Source: Candidatus Poribacteria bacterium (GTDB taxonomy: Bacteria > Poribacteria > WGA-4E > WGA-3G). From it: a DNA stretch of 64,000 nt. The translations under genes were made by a program, and so were the position numbers. Location: positions 1,696,001 through 1,760,000 of the forward strand of contig CAXXLX010000001.1 in NCBI GenBank assembly GCA_963665235.2, in the 5' to 3' direction. The notes under the pieces were generated by a model. That model saw only the letters and a list, made by a program, of their open reading frames with translations. It did no database searches and was not told where the DNA came from. Positions 52,520-63,257 of the stretch are shown here, piece by piece (position 1 is the first letter of the stretch; each line of letters begins with the position of its first letter).

Positions 52520-54841
52520 ATGAATCCTATTCTAAAATGGGCTCTACAGATCTTACGACAAATAGAAGAAACATCCATCGACAAAGACGAATCGGTGTCC
52601 GATGCATTGGAACTTGTAGGTATTGGAGCTGATCAGGTTCAAGTCAATCGCCAACCCTTACATTCCATCTTCTCGGTGACTGGTAAGAATCCCTCGGTCG
52701 TTAAGAAAGATATTCCCTGGCAGGTGTTGGACCCGCAAGAGATTGTTTATCCAACGGAGGATGCCGATAACACCGCGTTGAACATTCCTGAGCTTGAGCC
52801 GGATTGGGAAAGGTTTCTAGCGAACGAAAATCTCGCGCTTGTCCTAATCGAAAAGTATGGCACGTTTCTATCCATTTCACGTGATGTTCCGCACATCTCC
52901 TTCTACGATGCGGTTAAATCCGCAGCGGCGATTCACGATTGCCTTGTCCGTGATTCGGTAGATAAGGAGAAACCTTTTTTATTAGTTTCCGGGGATTTTT
53001 CTGGAATACAAGATACAATTTACACGATCGCCTCAAGTGGTGCGTTGAAAACGCTACGTGCACGTTCGTTCATGTTAGAACTTCTAACAGAACACATCAT
53101 CTATGAAATTCAGCAGCCTACGGGTTGTGGTCGCTATAGTCTTATCTTTTCAGGCGGTGGTGGGTTTAGTCTTCTCGTTCCGAACACAAGTGAGAATCAA
53201 GAGGCAATTGGCGATTTTATAAAAATTGTCAATAATTGGATGCTTGAGCAGTTTGGCTTGCAGCTATTCCTCGCTGTGCATTGTGAGCCTGTGAGTAAGG
53301 CAGACATCACAGGTAAAGGGTTCAAAGACATTTGGGAGTCCATGGCGGACAAGATGGCGAAGCAGAAGAAGCGTAAATTTTGGGATACCCCTGACTTTGA
53401 CAACCTATTCTGTCCAAAGATGCCGAAGCAATTGACAAACCGAGAGGCTTGTCGGATCACACATCGTGATGATCTACCGAATAGCGAAATGACTGATTGG
53501 GATGATGAGCCAAATGAGGAGGGTGAGAAGAGGCGCGTAAGCAAACTTGCCTACCGTTTGTGGGAATTAGGGGATCGGTTGACAGAGTTCAAGTACATCT
53601 TTAGACGTTCTTCACCCGTAGATGATTTTAAGGATGGGACGCTCCTATTTCCGACACATGATGGTTGCCAGGCAGAATATCAAACAACCGCTGATTTTGC
53701 ACAGATTAGTGATTATGAGGTTCGATGGTTTGTGAACAGTTGGGACGTTGGAAGTTACAAGGATAACAAGACCTTCCCGTTCCTCTTTGGTAGTTATGTT
53801 AAATCTGTAGCTGATTTACCGGGCGAAGTGCAAGACCATGAGAAGGAAGAGTACTTAAAAGACCACGGAAAGCAGATGCACCAACCAAAACGTGTAACTG
53901 CGTCTTTCTCTGGATTGGCAAAAGCGGCGAAGGGGATAAAACTCATCGGCTGCTTACGGATGGATGTGGACAATTTTGGTGAGCTGTTTTCCGGCGAGCT
54001 AGTGAAATCAGGTATCGCTGGACTCTCAAATCTCTCGCGCAGCATGAATCTGTTTTTTAAGGGGTACCTCAACGAAATTTGCGGCATGAATTTAGGTGAT
54101 TTGACGAAGGAGGGTTATCCGCTTGATATCACCGGAGAAAAACTGTCCCAAACAGATCGAAACCATCGGTACGTATCTATCGTCTATGCAGGCGGTGACG
54201 ATTTGTTTATCGTTGGTGCTTGGGATGATGTCGCCGAATTAGCGTTTGATATTAACACCTGTTTCAGAGAATTCTCCTGTTGCAACTCTGAGGTTCACCT
54301 TTCCGCCGGCGTAACGCTTCACAAGCCGAAGTTCCCACTATATCAGATGGCGAAAATGGCAGAGGATGCAGAAAAGGCCGCAAAGGCAAACGAAGAGAAG
54401 GAAAGTCTCTCGCTATTCTATACGGATACTCTCAGAAGATATAATAAGTTCCTGAATGACCGCATTAAGCAGGAAAACCGAAGGCGTACGAGTGCTGGTA
54501 AACAGTCTGATGATAGAATCGCGCTGGCTTCTAGATGGGATGAATATGACAGTGTTATTCAATTGACAAAGCAGTTGTACAAGTTGCGCCCGGATGTTCC
54601 GCATGGCCTCTACCGAAAACTGTTTGAGACGCTCAGAATTTGGCAAGAGGAAGGACCTTTGTATATGCCAATGCTCTCCTATACCAAATATCAGTTTGGC
54701 AAACAACAGGAAGGAACACCAGAAGCGAAAGAGTTAAAGGCGTTGCTAACAACCCTATTTCAGTCCGATCAGATGCGGAAATTACATATTCCGCTACATT
54801 GGGTGGAATATTTGAGTCGAGAAGGTGGAGGAGAAAGTTAA
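52520..54841 (+). CDS. cas10: Cas10/Csm1 with intact Palm domains, HD domain apparently absent
   Basis: SGDFSGIQ, LRARSFMLE, RMDVDNFG, YAGGDDLF (GGDD at 54191-54202); no N-terminal LLHDIGK. Confidence 0.95.
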   Translation: MNPILKWALQILRQIEETSIDKDESVSDALELVGIGADQVQVNRQPLHSIFSVTGKNPSVVKKDIPWQVLDPQEIVYPTEDADNTALNIPELEPDWERFLANENLALVLIEKYGTFLSISRDVPHISFYDAVKSAAAIHDCLVRDSVDKEKPFLLVSGDFSGIQDTIYTIASSGALKTLRARSFMLELLTEHIIYEIQQPTGCGRYSLIFSGGGGFSLLVPNTSENQEAIGDFIKIVNNWMLEQFGLQLFLAVHCEPVSKADITGKGFKDIWESMADKMAKQKKRKFWDTPDFDNLFCPKMPKQLTNREACRITHRDDLPNSEMTDWDDEPNEEGEKRRVSKLAYRLWELGDRLTEFKYIFRRSSPVDDFKDGTLLFPTHDGCQAEYQTTADFAQISDYEVRWFVNSWDVGSYKDNKTFPFLFGSYVKSVADLPGEVQDHEKEEYLKDHGKQMHQPKRVTASFSGLAKAAKGIKLIGCLRMDVDNFGELFSGELVKSGIAGLSNLSRSMNLFFKGYLNEICGMNLGDLTKEGYPLDITGEKLSQTDRNHRYVSIVYAGGDDLFIVGAWDDVAELAFDINTCFREFSCCNSEVHLSAGVTLHKPKFPLYQMAKMAEDAEKAAKANEEKESLSLFYTDTLRRYNKFLNDRIKQENRRRTSAGKQSDDRIALASRWDEYDSVIQLTKQLYKLRPDVPHGLYRKLFETLRIWQEEGPLYMPMLSYTKYQFGKQQEGTPEAKELKALLTTLFQSDQMRKLHIPLHWVEYLSREGGGES

Positions 54842-54911
54842 TGTGCTTCTCTCAAGAAAAGATTAATCCTCAGTTGAAAAACGGACTTACGCAATGGAGG
54901 AGTGACACAAA

Positions 54912-55964
54912 ATGGGTGATTTAAGAATCGTCAAACTTCGCTTCAGGTCAGCACTTCATTTAGGGACAGATATCCCTGGAATCGGGATTGAGGACAGTCT
55001 GACAATGGCTCACTCGGATACGTTGTTCAGCTGCCTAATCAATGCCTACGCCGAACTTCACTCCGGAAATCCAAACGCTGTTGACCCGTTGTTGGCACCG
55101 TTCCATGAGGGAAACCCTCCGTTTCGTATTTCGTCAGCGTTTCCATTCCAACAGAGTGAAAATAAAGTAAGGTATTATGTTCCGAGACCTCTGATAGATC
55201 CGCTAGAATTTTATGACCCCGGAGATGGACAGAGTGTTAGAAAGCTTTACGGTAAATTAGTCCGAAATCTGCCGTTCGTCAGTCTTGAGAGATTCAAAGG
55301 TTATTGGCTAGGCGAAGGAACAGATATCAATCTGGAAAAAAAAGGCTTAGAAACCGCAAATCAGGAAGTTCGCGGCTTATACGAACAAACAATTCGTCCA
55401 CAGCATACCAGGGACCGATTAACTGATACCACAGAAATCTACCATACAGGCTTAGTTTATTTCGCTCCTAATTCTGGATTGTATTTCCTGATTGAAATCA
55501 ACGATACATCCATCTTAAGTTGGGAGGACTTCCGGGCAGTCCTTGACTTGGCAGCATCAAACGGATTGGGGGGACGCCGCAGTCATGGAAATGGGGCTTT
55601 TGAGGTTAGAGAAATTGAGGAATTAGATGAAACATGGCAAGACTTATTTAAGCAGAAACAGGATGGATTCGTTAATCTGTCGCTCTATTGGCCTAAAACT
55701 CCTGGTCGCCTTGATCCAGTGGCATATCAGTTGGTGCCTCGACAGGGATGGTGTTATTCATCGGTTACCCCAACGCAGATGAAACGTAAAGCAGTCACAA
55801 TGTTCGGTGAGGGGTCCGTTTTCCGTAACGAGCCGAAAGGCGCGCTTGCAGACGTAACACCGGACAAGGGATTCACAGCACATGGACTCTATCGGTCCGG
55901 AATTTCAATTTCGTTGCCGATTAAGATCTTGGAAAAAGAAGATAAGGAAGATACGGAGGAATGA
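54912..55964 (+). CDS. csm4: Type III-A RAMP Csm4 (Cas5)
   Basis: HSDTLFS, ISSAFP, GLYF, GLGGRRSHGNG, MFGEGSVF. Confidence 0.94.
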   Translation: MGDLRIVKLRFRSALHLGTDIPGIGIEDSLTMAHSDTLFSCLINAYAELHSGNPNAVDPLLAPFHEGNPPFRISSAFPFQQSENKVRYYVPRPLIDPLEFYDPGDGQSVRKLYGKLVRNLPFVSLERFKGYWLGEGTDINLEKKGLETANQEVRGLYEQTIRPQHTRDRLTDTTEIYHTGLVYFAPNSGLYFLIEINDTSILSWEDFRAVLDLAASNGLGGRRSHGNGAFEVREIEELDETWQDLFKQKQDGFVNLSLYWPKTPGRLDPVAYQLVPRQGWCYSSVTPTQMKRKAVTMFGEGSVFRNEPKGALADVTPDKGFTAHGLYRSGISISLPIKILEKEDKEDTEE

Positions 55965-55968
55965 TACA

Positions 55969-57774
55969 ATGAACTTGCGGGAAATACTTAATAATTTTAA
56001 CAAAGAAGTCGCTTGGCGCGAATTTCGAGATAGAATAGTAGATGCTGTGCTAGACTACAATGAGGCGATTGCGGACGAAGTCGAAAACCCAGGAGATTCT
56101 CTAAATGGACTTCTACCTATATATTGGCAAATTGTACGGGCGCATAATACCTATAAATGGCCTATTGACCTCAAATTTATTCGCGAAAATCCAGAAGCTG
56201 CTCGAAAGATGTTAAGAGACCACAACCTTGCGGAAAAATTGGACCGGCTGATCGAATTGGACACACAGTGGCGCAAACTCTCCCAAAAAATCGAGGAGCA
56301 AACCGAGCCCGCGAACACACTCAAAACTGAAATAGATACCATCTTGTCGACAATTTCGGATCTGCCTGGCGTAAATTCCCACCCAAGCAATTCTGGCTAC
56401 GATGTTGGCATCTTTCTTGTTGGTTTTAGGAGTCTTCCGATTGTTCTTAGCCTTGCGGAGATTCAACCGCGCCAGGAAATTTATTTCATCCACTCAGAAG
56501 AGACTGGTACAAAGTGCGACGAGATTGCTAATAGAATTGAGGAGATGCTTGAATGTCCTCCTAATCCTTTAAAACCGTTAATCTCCGCCACGGACGCGAC
56601 AGCATTAATTAATCGTGTCCGAAGTGCCAATCGGTGCAAAATAGCGAATCCCTCCGATCCGGTCGAGACATTCAAAGAGATTAAGCGAATCATTGACAGT
56701 CTTGCATCCGACAAAAAAATTGCTCTTGATCTCACGGGTGGAAAGAAGACAATGATTGGCGGCGGTTTCACAGCCGGTTCAATATACTCTCTGTCGCCTA
56801 AATGCGATATGTTTTACGTTGATTCATCGGAGTACGACTCATATCAGGGTGCACCTAAACCAGGGACCGAATTCTTGAGTCAGCTTGACAATCCGTACAA
56901 TGTTTACAATGTGCAGAGCATCCGCGAAGCTGAAGCACTTTTCGATGGACACAATTATGAGGCAGCAGCTAGTTTGTGGGACACTGCTAATGAAAAACTT
57001 AATACCTATGCCAAACAATACGGTTTGCAACATGAGCAGGCTACAGTTCAAAAGAATCTTTATATGGCAAACTGTTACCGTTCTTGGGATGCTTTTGATT
57101 ATTCTGAGGCTCAGAGGCACAAGAATGATAACGGAAACCTATGGAGCTACCATACTAAGCACATTCACAACATTCACAATGATGTTCTTAACATTTTGGT
57201 AGAAGTGAATGATAAACAAACGCTTTTTGCCGATGAAAAAAGAGTTATCCATTTCGCCGTAGATCGATACCAGAATGCAATCAGACGAAAAAATAGTGAC
57301 AAACTCGAGGATGCAATCCTCCGCTTTACACAAGTTGTGGAAATCCTTTGCAACTATAAGATCCGTCAAATCGCACAAGGCGGAGACCTGCTTAACGAAA
57401 ACGGCTCAGTGATAACAACACCAAACACCCAATGGCGGAACTTTAAACTAATCCCCTTTTTGTTTGGAGCCGACCCATCAAGGTATGAAAGAAACGGAGG
57501 AAGATACTTCCAATTTCGAAGAGGGGCAAATGTGTGTTTGGAACTTGAGGATTATCCCGATTTCAACGATATTGGTGAAATAATGGTGCTGATCGAACGT
57601 AGGAATGATTTCGTTCATTTCAATCGTCCTATAGCGGACGAAGCGGAGGAAACAGCGGAAAAATTAAAAAATTTAGCATATCAGTTTCTTCTGAACTTCT
57701 CAACGACCTATCTTCAGAGGATGCGCCTAAATTTCTGCCGTTTATTAGAGCTTCATGAGTTTCGTCTATCCTAA
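55969..57774 (+). CDS. CARF-HEPN effector (TIGR02710/Csm6-like) with inserted SerRS N-terminal-like segment
   Basis: CARF LVGF..PIVLS and DLTGGKKTM; DNPY; Y.SWDAFDY; DAILR; HEPN RNDFVH; IDLKFIRENPE...LIELD segment. Confidence 0.85.
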   Translation: MNLREILNNFNKEVAWREFRDRIVDAVLDYNEAIADEVENPGDSLNGLLPIYWQIVRAHNTYKWPIDLKFIRENPEAARKMLRDHNLAEKLDRLIELDTQWRKLSQKIEEQTEPANTLKTEIDTILSTISDLPGVNSHPSNSGYDVGIFLVGFRSLPIVLSLAEIQPRQEIYFIHSEETGTKCDEIANRIEEMLECPPNPLKPLISATDATALINRVRSANRCKIANPSDPVETFKEIKRIIDSLASDKKIALDLTGGKKTMIGGGFTAGSIYSLSPKCDMFYVDSSEYDSYQGAPKPGTEFLSQLDNPYNVYNVQSIREAEALFDGHNYEAAASLWDTANEKLNTYAKQYGLQHEQATVQKNLYMANCYRSWDAFDYSEAQRHKNDNGNLWSYHTKHIHNIHNDVLNILVEVNDKQTLFADEKRVIHFAVDRYQNAIRRKNSDKLEDAILRFTQVVEILCNYKIRQIAQGGDLLNENGSVITTPNTQWRNFKLIPFLFGADPSRYERNGGRYFQFRRGANVCLELEDYPDFNDIGEIMVLIERRNDFVHFNRPIADEAEETAEKLKNLAYQFLLNFSTTYLQRMRLNFCRLLELHEFRLS

Positions 57775-59418
57775 ACCGATGCTGTCGGATAACAACTTCT
57801 CTCGCGCCTCCAATACCTTTGAAACTACTGTTTTGACATCATCTTCATCAACAAACGGGGAGAGAATAAAAGACTTTAAACCGACAATTGGTTCGCCATA
57901 GGTCGTATGTCGGTAACAGTCGGTTGTGGAAATGACGACACCTCGGCCTTCCATCGCCTCTGAATGGACGTATTGGAAGATGTCCCTATTGTAGGCATTA
58001 TGTGTAAGTAGACTTTCGCGATTAGCGGGGTTCTCAAATTCGTCCTGCTTAATTGAAAAGGTATCCACGCCGACAGGATATACCCGGAAAACGGTGACAG
58101 TGCCGAAGTTATCGCGATTCAAGACGGTTGTGCCTTCATGCCCCTCAAGATGTTCGCGCAGGAGTTGCGTCATTTCGACGATGTGTCCGAGGATAGTTTG
58201 TAACCCTTCCCGCCCAAATAGGCGTAGATTGGCAAGGGCTGCAAGGGGGCCCGTCCCCGCTCTGGAGGTCTCTAGGGTGTACATACCGGGCTTATAGTCC
58301 CCAAAGTGATAAAGGTAGGGCATCTGTTCCGGGTGCCGTTTCACTAAAGCCAGCTCAGCTTCGTTTTTCACAAGAAAGAGGCTGGAAATATAGGGGGCAA
58401 AACCGGTTTTGTGGAAATCAATACCGACGGAATCGGCGAGTGATAGATACCTGATCCGGCGGCATGCCCCTGCCAATGCCCGAACAGTCCGCGGGCGGAA
58501 CCCTAGGGGATTCTCTTCAAAATCATAGTCGTTAAACACAGACCATGCCCATCCGATAACTGCATCCGCGTGAATATGCGGTTTGTAATCAAGCTCGAAT
58601 TCCTCAACGAGCGTATTGCGTAATGTCACAATACTCTCCAAATCGTCCAACCCGAATGCATCTGTTGTGCCCAAAGTTGCAATAATAGCGGCAATTTTCT
58701 TTCCGTCTGTGAGTGCTTTTCGAGCTGCCTGCTCTAATTGCTCAAGGTCCATTTCGTTCTGTGCGGTTGTCGGAATAGTAATGAGATTATTCGTTCCGAT
58801 GCCGAGCCATCCGACGATGCTGGTTGCACAATAATGCCCGGCATCTGACACGAACACGACCACCTCTTCGGGGGTGCCGTTTTGGATAGTCCCTGGGCAC
58901 GCCTTCTCTAAACCGATTTTCACACCGTAGAGCGTTGTTCCGGTGCCGCCGAAGGTAAACACACCACCTGCCTGTTCTGGCTTATAACCAATCATCTGTG
59001 CGGTTATTCCAACTGCTTCAACTTCAGCCAACGCTACCAGACGACTGTATTCATCCCAAGCGATATTAGGATTGTAGAGGGAAGCGATGAGTACCCCAAT
59101 GACGCTTGGAATCGTCGGAGGGGGCACAACGTTCTGTTGTGTGCGAGGATGTCCGAAGATGCTCATCCCGCGCAGATAGCTGACGAGGTCAGCCGTGACA
59201 TTTTCAACGGAGGATATAGTTTCAGGGAGTGTTGTGTAGCGTGCTGCTTCAAAGTCCCCTTGGACAATGTCGCCGAGCATCGGTAGATGGGTTTTGAGCG
59301 CGTCCACCTGGTCCAAGGCACGCATAATGGAGTGTACAAAATAGGAGTCGTGAATCGGATCGGATATGGGCTGCGGGAAGGTGAGCCGGATTTTGTTTAA
59401 GATGTCGCGATATGTCAT
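57766..59418 (-). CDS. PLP-dependent group II decarboxylase
   Basis: GVFTFGGT, GTTDAF, HADA, DFHK (PLP lysine). Confidence 0.9.
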   Translation of the reverse strand: MTYRDILNKIRLTFPQPISDPIHDSYFVHSIMRALDQVDALKTHLPMLGDIVQGDFEAARYTTLPETISSVENVTADLVSYLRGMSIFGHPRTQQNVVPPPTIPSVIGVLIASLYNPNIAWDEYSRLVALAEVEAVGITAQMIGYKPEQAGGVFTFGGTGTTLYGVKIGLEKACPGTIQNGTPEEVVVFVSDAGHYCATSIVGWLGIGTNNLITIPTTAQNEMDLEQLEQAARKALTDGKKIAAIIATLGTTDAFGLDDLESIVTLRNTLVEEFELDYKPHIHADAVIGWAWSVFNDYDFEENPLGFRPRTVRALAGACRRIRYLSLADSVGIDFHKTGFAPYISSLFLVKNEAELALVKRHPEQMPYLYHFGDYKPGMYTLETSRAGTGPLAALANLRLFGREGLQTILGHIVEMTQLLREHLEGHEGTTVLNRDNFGTVTVFRVYPVGVDTFSIKQDEFENPANRESLLTHNAYNRDIFQYVHSEAMEGRGVVISTTDCYRHTTYGEPIVGLKSFILSPFVDEDDVKTVVSKVLEAREKLLSDSIGLG

Positions 59419-59434
59419 GTGGCCGTCCCATTTT

Positions 59435-60922
59435 TCAGAGATGTGCTATTGCGTTCCGAACTCGCTCTAGAACCGTGTCTCTGCCGAGTAGGATAATAAT
59501 ATCAAACAGGCTTGGTCCGAACGATGTGCCTGTCAGCGCAATTCGCAAGGTTTGCATTGCTACAACCCGTTTGATGTCGTTCTCATCCGTGTATTTATAG
59601 ATTGCAGTTTCAACTGTCTCCGCGTCAAAAGCGGGGATTTCTTCCAAAATCTGCAAGAGATTTGTCAGGATTTCAGCCGTTTTCTGCCGTTTTTCTGCGG
59701 AGCTGCCCCACCATTTTTTGACCGCCTTCTCTTCGTATTCATCAACGTCCGCAAAGAAATAACGGGTTTGTGGAACGATATCCTCTAACGTTGTGAGCCG
59801 TTCGCCGACAGCCTCAACGAGCTTCTCAAGGTGGGTGCGACGTTCCATTGTCAAGTCGGCTGTCTTGACCAAACCTGCTTCCTGCCAAAAGGGTATCACA
59901 GCATCGGTTCGAGCGGAAAGCGAGAGTTGGGCGATGTAGTGGGTATTGAGCCATTGCAATTTTTTTATATCAAAAACACTGCCGCTTTTGCCAACGCGCG
60001 CGAGGTCAAATTTCTCTATGAGTTCCGTAACAGAGAAAATCTCCTGTTTGTCGTCGTAGGACCACCCGAGTCTGGCAACGAAGTTAATCATCGCTTCAGG
60101 CAGATACCCCTGTTCACGATACCGATTGACAGCGACAAGGTCACCGTGATGACGTTTGCTTAGCTTCCTGCCAGTCTCATCCAAGACAAGGGGGATATGT
60201 GCAAATTTAGGTGGTGTAAAACCTATTGCGTTCGCAATAGCAATCTGTTTCGAGGTGTTATTGAGATGCTCTGTTCCGCGGATGACATGTGTAATCCGCA
60301 TGTCCGCATCGTCTATAATCGAGGCAAAATTGTAACTCGGCATTCCATTTGAACGGACGATAACCTCATCCTCTAGGGTGTTTGCATCTATATCCCGCGT
60401 GCCGAGGATAAGGTCAGGGACGTGTATCGGGTCGTCAGGCATCTTAATTCGGACTGTAGGTTTTCTGCCCTGCGCGGAAAAACGTTGTTTGTCTGCGAGC
60501 ATCAGGTGTCGGCATCTCCTGTCATAAGAGAGGGTCTGCTTTTCAGCGCGCGCTTGCGCCCGAATTTCTGCTAACTCCTCAGGTGTGCAGTAGCAGTGAT
60601 AGGCGTTTTCCTCTTGAAGCAGTTGTTCGACGTAAGGCTCGTAAATATGTCTCCGTTCTGATTGTACATAGTGCTCGGTCCAGTCGATGCCTAACCATTT
60701 GAGGGATTCGTAAATATGGCGCATAGATTCATCGGTAGACCGTGCTGTATCGGTATCATCAATGCGGAGTATGAACGTGCCGTTGTGCTGTTTGGCAAAT
60801 AACCAATTGAATAACGCGGTGCGTGCGCCGCCGATGTGTAAGAAACCGGTGGGGGATGGTGCCATTCGGACGCGGACGTGGTTTTTCACTGGGGTTGTTG
60901 CGTTGCTAGATGTTTCGGTCAT
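59435..60922 (-). CDS. gltX: Glutamate--tRNA ligase
   Basis: [21 protein letters not shown]; ATGA overlap with glnS. Confidence 0.96.
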   Translation of the reverse strand: MTETSSNATTPVKNHVRVRMAPSPTGFLHIGGARTALFNWLFAKQHNGTFILRIDDTDTARSTDESMRHIYESLKWLGIDWTEHYVQSERRHIYEPYVEQLLQEENAYHCYCTPEELAEIRAQARAEKQTLSYDRRCRHLMLADKQRFSAQGRKPTVRIKMPDDPIHVPDLILGTRDIDANTLEDEVIVRSNGMPSYNFASIIDDADMRITHVIRGTEHLNNTSKQIAIANAIGFTPPKFAHIPLVLDETGRKLSKRHHGDLVAVNRYREQGYLPEAMINFVARLGWSYDDKQEIFSVTELIEKFDLARVGKSGSVFDIKKLQWLNTHYIAQLSLSARTDAVIPFWQEAGLVKTADLTMERRTHLEKLVEAVGERLTTLEDIVPQTRYFFADVDEYEEKAVKKWWGSSAEKRQKTAEILTNLLQILEEIPAFDAETVETAIYKYTDENDIKRVVAMQTLRIALTGTSFGPSLFDIIILLGRDTVLERVRNAIAHL

Positions 60923-62667
60923 TTCCGTGCCCCCTGAATTTTTGCCCAAGTATCTCGAAGTGGTACTGTCCTATTGAATACCAATTTTTCTTGCGTTGTA
61001 TCCACATCGACACAAAAGTATCCCATTCTGAGGAACTGATATCGTGTTTCGGGGGGTGCGCCGTTGAGACTCGGTTCAACTTTGCATCCATCTATAATCT
61101 CCAAGGAGTTCGGATTGATAAACTGTGTCCACTCCGTGCCATCCGCTGCGTTTTCTGGTTCGCGTTCGGTGAATAGGGTGTCGTAGAGGCGGACTTCAGC
61201 GTCCACGGCGTGTTGGGCAGAAACCCAATGTAACGTGCCTCGTACCTTGCGTCCATCTTCGGACCAGCCGCCTCGTGTTTCGGGGTCATAAGTGCAATGA
61301 ATCTGAACGATTTCGCCTGTGTTTGGGTCTTTGACAACGCGTTCGCAACGGATATAGTAAGCGTGCTTGAGGCGTACTTCTCGTTCTGGTGCCAATCGGA
61401 AAAATTTTCGGGGTGGGTTTTCCATAAAATCTTCGCGTTCTATGTAGAGTTCACGTGAGAACGGAATTTTGCGTGTGCCGGCGTTTTCATCTTCAGGGTT
61501 ATTGTCAGCGTCAAACATTTCCACTTTTCCATCTGGATAGTTGTCAATGATAACTTTAACAGGATTAAGGACAGCCATGACGCGCGGTGCACGCTGATTC
61601 AGGTCACTCCGTATAGAATACTCAAGTTGGCTCATCTCGATTAAATTATCTGCCTTTGAAACCCCGATTCGGTTGCAAAAATCACGAATGGCTTCTGGCG
61701 TATACCCGCGGCGACGCATTCCGGCGAGCGTAGGTAACCTTGGGTCATCCCAGCTGTTGACGTGTCCTTCCTGTAAGAGGACTTTGAGCTTCCGTTTGCC
61801 GAGCACGGTGTATGTGAGATTTAAGCGAGCGAATTCTATCTGCCGGGGTTGGTAAATCTCAAGTTCCTTCAAAAACCAGTCGTAGAGGGGGCGGTGGTCT
61901 TCAAACTGAACGTCACATAAAGAGTGTGTTATGCCTTCGATGGAATCGGATTGTCCATGGGTAAAGTCGTAGGTTGGATAGATACACCATGCGTCGCCGT
62001 GTCGATAGTGGTGTGCTCGGAGGATACGATACATGACAGGGTCACGCATATTTAGATTTGGACTGGTCATGTCAATTTTTGCGCGGAGCGTTCGGGCTCC
62101 GTCTGGAAATTCGCCGTTGCGCATCCCGCGGAAAAGCGTTAAATTCTCCTCTACTGTCCGGTTTCGGTAAGGGCTGTCTTTGCCGGGGGTCACTAAAGTG
62201 CCGCGATACGTTCGCATTTGGTCGGGTGTTAGGTCACAAACGTAAGCCTTGCCTTTTTCGATGAGTTTGATAGCGTATTCATAGAGAGTTTCGAAATAAT
62301 CTGATGCGTGATATTCGCGTTCTTTCCAATCAAACCCGAGCCATCGGACATCGCGTTTAATTCCCTCTACATATTCAATTTCTTCTGTGAGCGGGTTGCT
62401 GTCATCAAATCGTAGGTTGTAAAGTCCGCCATAATTTTCGGCGATTCCGAAGCTGATGCATATAGCTTTAGCGTGGCCGATATGAAGATACCCGCTGGGT
62501 TCCGGTGGAAATCGGGTGTGGACCCTGCCTTCATACCTATTTGCTGCGATGTCTTCTTCGATTGCTTGCTGTATAAAGTTAGTGTCCGAGGCGGTGTTAG
62601 TGTTTTCTTGTGCTTTCGTGTTCGGTCTGTTTTTGGAGGCCTTTAAGTTGGCATCTGCATGTTTCAT
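60919..62667 (-). CDS. glnS: Glutamine--tRNA ligase
   Basis: [38 protein letters not shown]. Confidence 0.97.
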   Translation of the reverse strand: MKHADANLKASKNRPNTKAQENTNTASDTNFIQQAIEEDIAANRYEGRVHTRFPPEPSGYLHIGHAKAICISFGIAENYGGLYNLRFDDSNPLTEEIEYVEGIKRDVRWLGFDWKEREYHASDYFETLYEYAIKLIEKGKAYVCDLTPDQMRTYRGTLVTPGKDSPYRNRTVEENLTLFRGMRNGEFPDGARTLRAKIDMTSPNLNMRDPVMYRILRAHHYRHGDAWCIYPTYDFTHGQSDSIEGITHSLCDVQFEDHRPLYDWFLKELEIYQPRQIEFARLNLTYTVLGKRKLKVLLQEGHVNSWDDPRLPTLAGMRRRGYTPEAIRDFCNRIGVSKADNLIEMSQLEYSIRSDLNQRAPRVMAVLNPVKVIIDNYPDGKVEMFDADNNPEDENAGTRKIPFSRELYIEREDFMENPPRKFFRLAPEREVRLKHAYYIRCERVVKDPNTGEIVQIHCTYDPETRGGWSEDGRKVRGTLHWVSAQHAVDAEVRLYDTLFTEREPENAADGTEWTQFINPNSLEIIDGCKVEPSLNGAPPETRYQFLRMGYFCVDVDTTQEKLVFNRTVPLRDTWAKIQGARK

Positions 62668-62874
62668 AAAAAACCTCTTGTGTTAATATCATTAAAAACG
62701 GTGTGGAATTTCGTTGCGTTCAACAGGAAATGGCATCCAATTACCATTTGCTAATAGCCTTATGTCGGTTTTCCGTTCGTTATCAATATATTATACCCTT
62801 AAAATGGTCTAAAGTCAAAATTTTTAGTTGAGAGTAAACATATCGTCCATACGGGGACTAAATTAATGAAAAAA

Positions 62875-62902
62875 TGAAACCCCTTCCGTAACACATTCGT
62901 TA
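62875..62902 (+). promoter_or_regulatory. Possible ECF-type promoter
   Basis: TGAAAC-17 bp-CGTTA. Confidence 0.4.
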
Positions 62903-62956
62903 ATTTCATTGAGAAAAGGAAAAAAATCATTTTTAACGAGAAGGGAGTATGAATAT

Positions 62957-63166
62957 ATGTACACAGATTCCACGCAGCAATCTATCACACAGCAGCAGTT
63001 AGCTGATAGAAAACTCAATTACTACGAATTGGCAGTGTGTTTCGCAGCGGCAAAAGCACAAGAGGAAGAATTTCGGTGGGAGCAATTTATTGATAACCTA
63101 TCCTATATTTGCGACAAATTTGCTTCTCACATTGAGGTAAACGGTCCATCTAATTCGGGTTCGTAA
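62957..63166 (+). CDS. Small hypothetical protein
   Basis: GGGAG RBS; upstream promoter-like motif; downstream terminator. Confidence 0.55.
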   Translation: MYTDSTQQSITQQQLADRKLNYYELAVCFAAAKAQEEEFRWEQFIDNLSYICDKFASHIEVNGPSNSGS

Positions 63167-63215
63167 CATTTCACATACAAACGATAGCAGGCGTAAATCT
63201 GCTGATTTAGAAAAC

Positions 63216-63254
63216 GAGGGGTATGTTTTTCGGAAACTGCCCCTATTTTTTTTT
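63216..63254 (+). terminator. Probable intrinsic terminator
   Basis: AGGGG...CCCCT stem followed by a T9 run between convergent genes. Confidence 0.5.
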
Positions 63255-63257
63255 GAC

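Noticed and set aside
56164-56370. A serS gene or pseudogene
   Set aside because: Only the N-terminal arm-like segment is present, in frame within CARF-HEPN; no class II catalytic motifs
57766-62667. Decarboxylase, gltX and glnS as parts of the CRISPR system
   Set aside because: Convergent housekeeping operon with no evidence of functional linkage beyond adjacency
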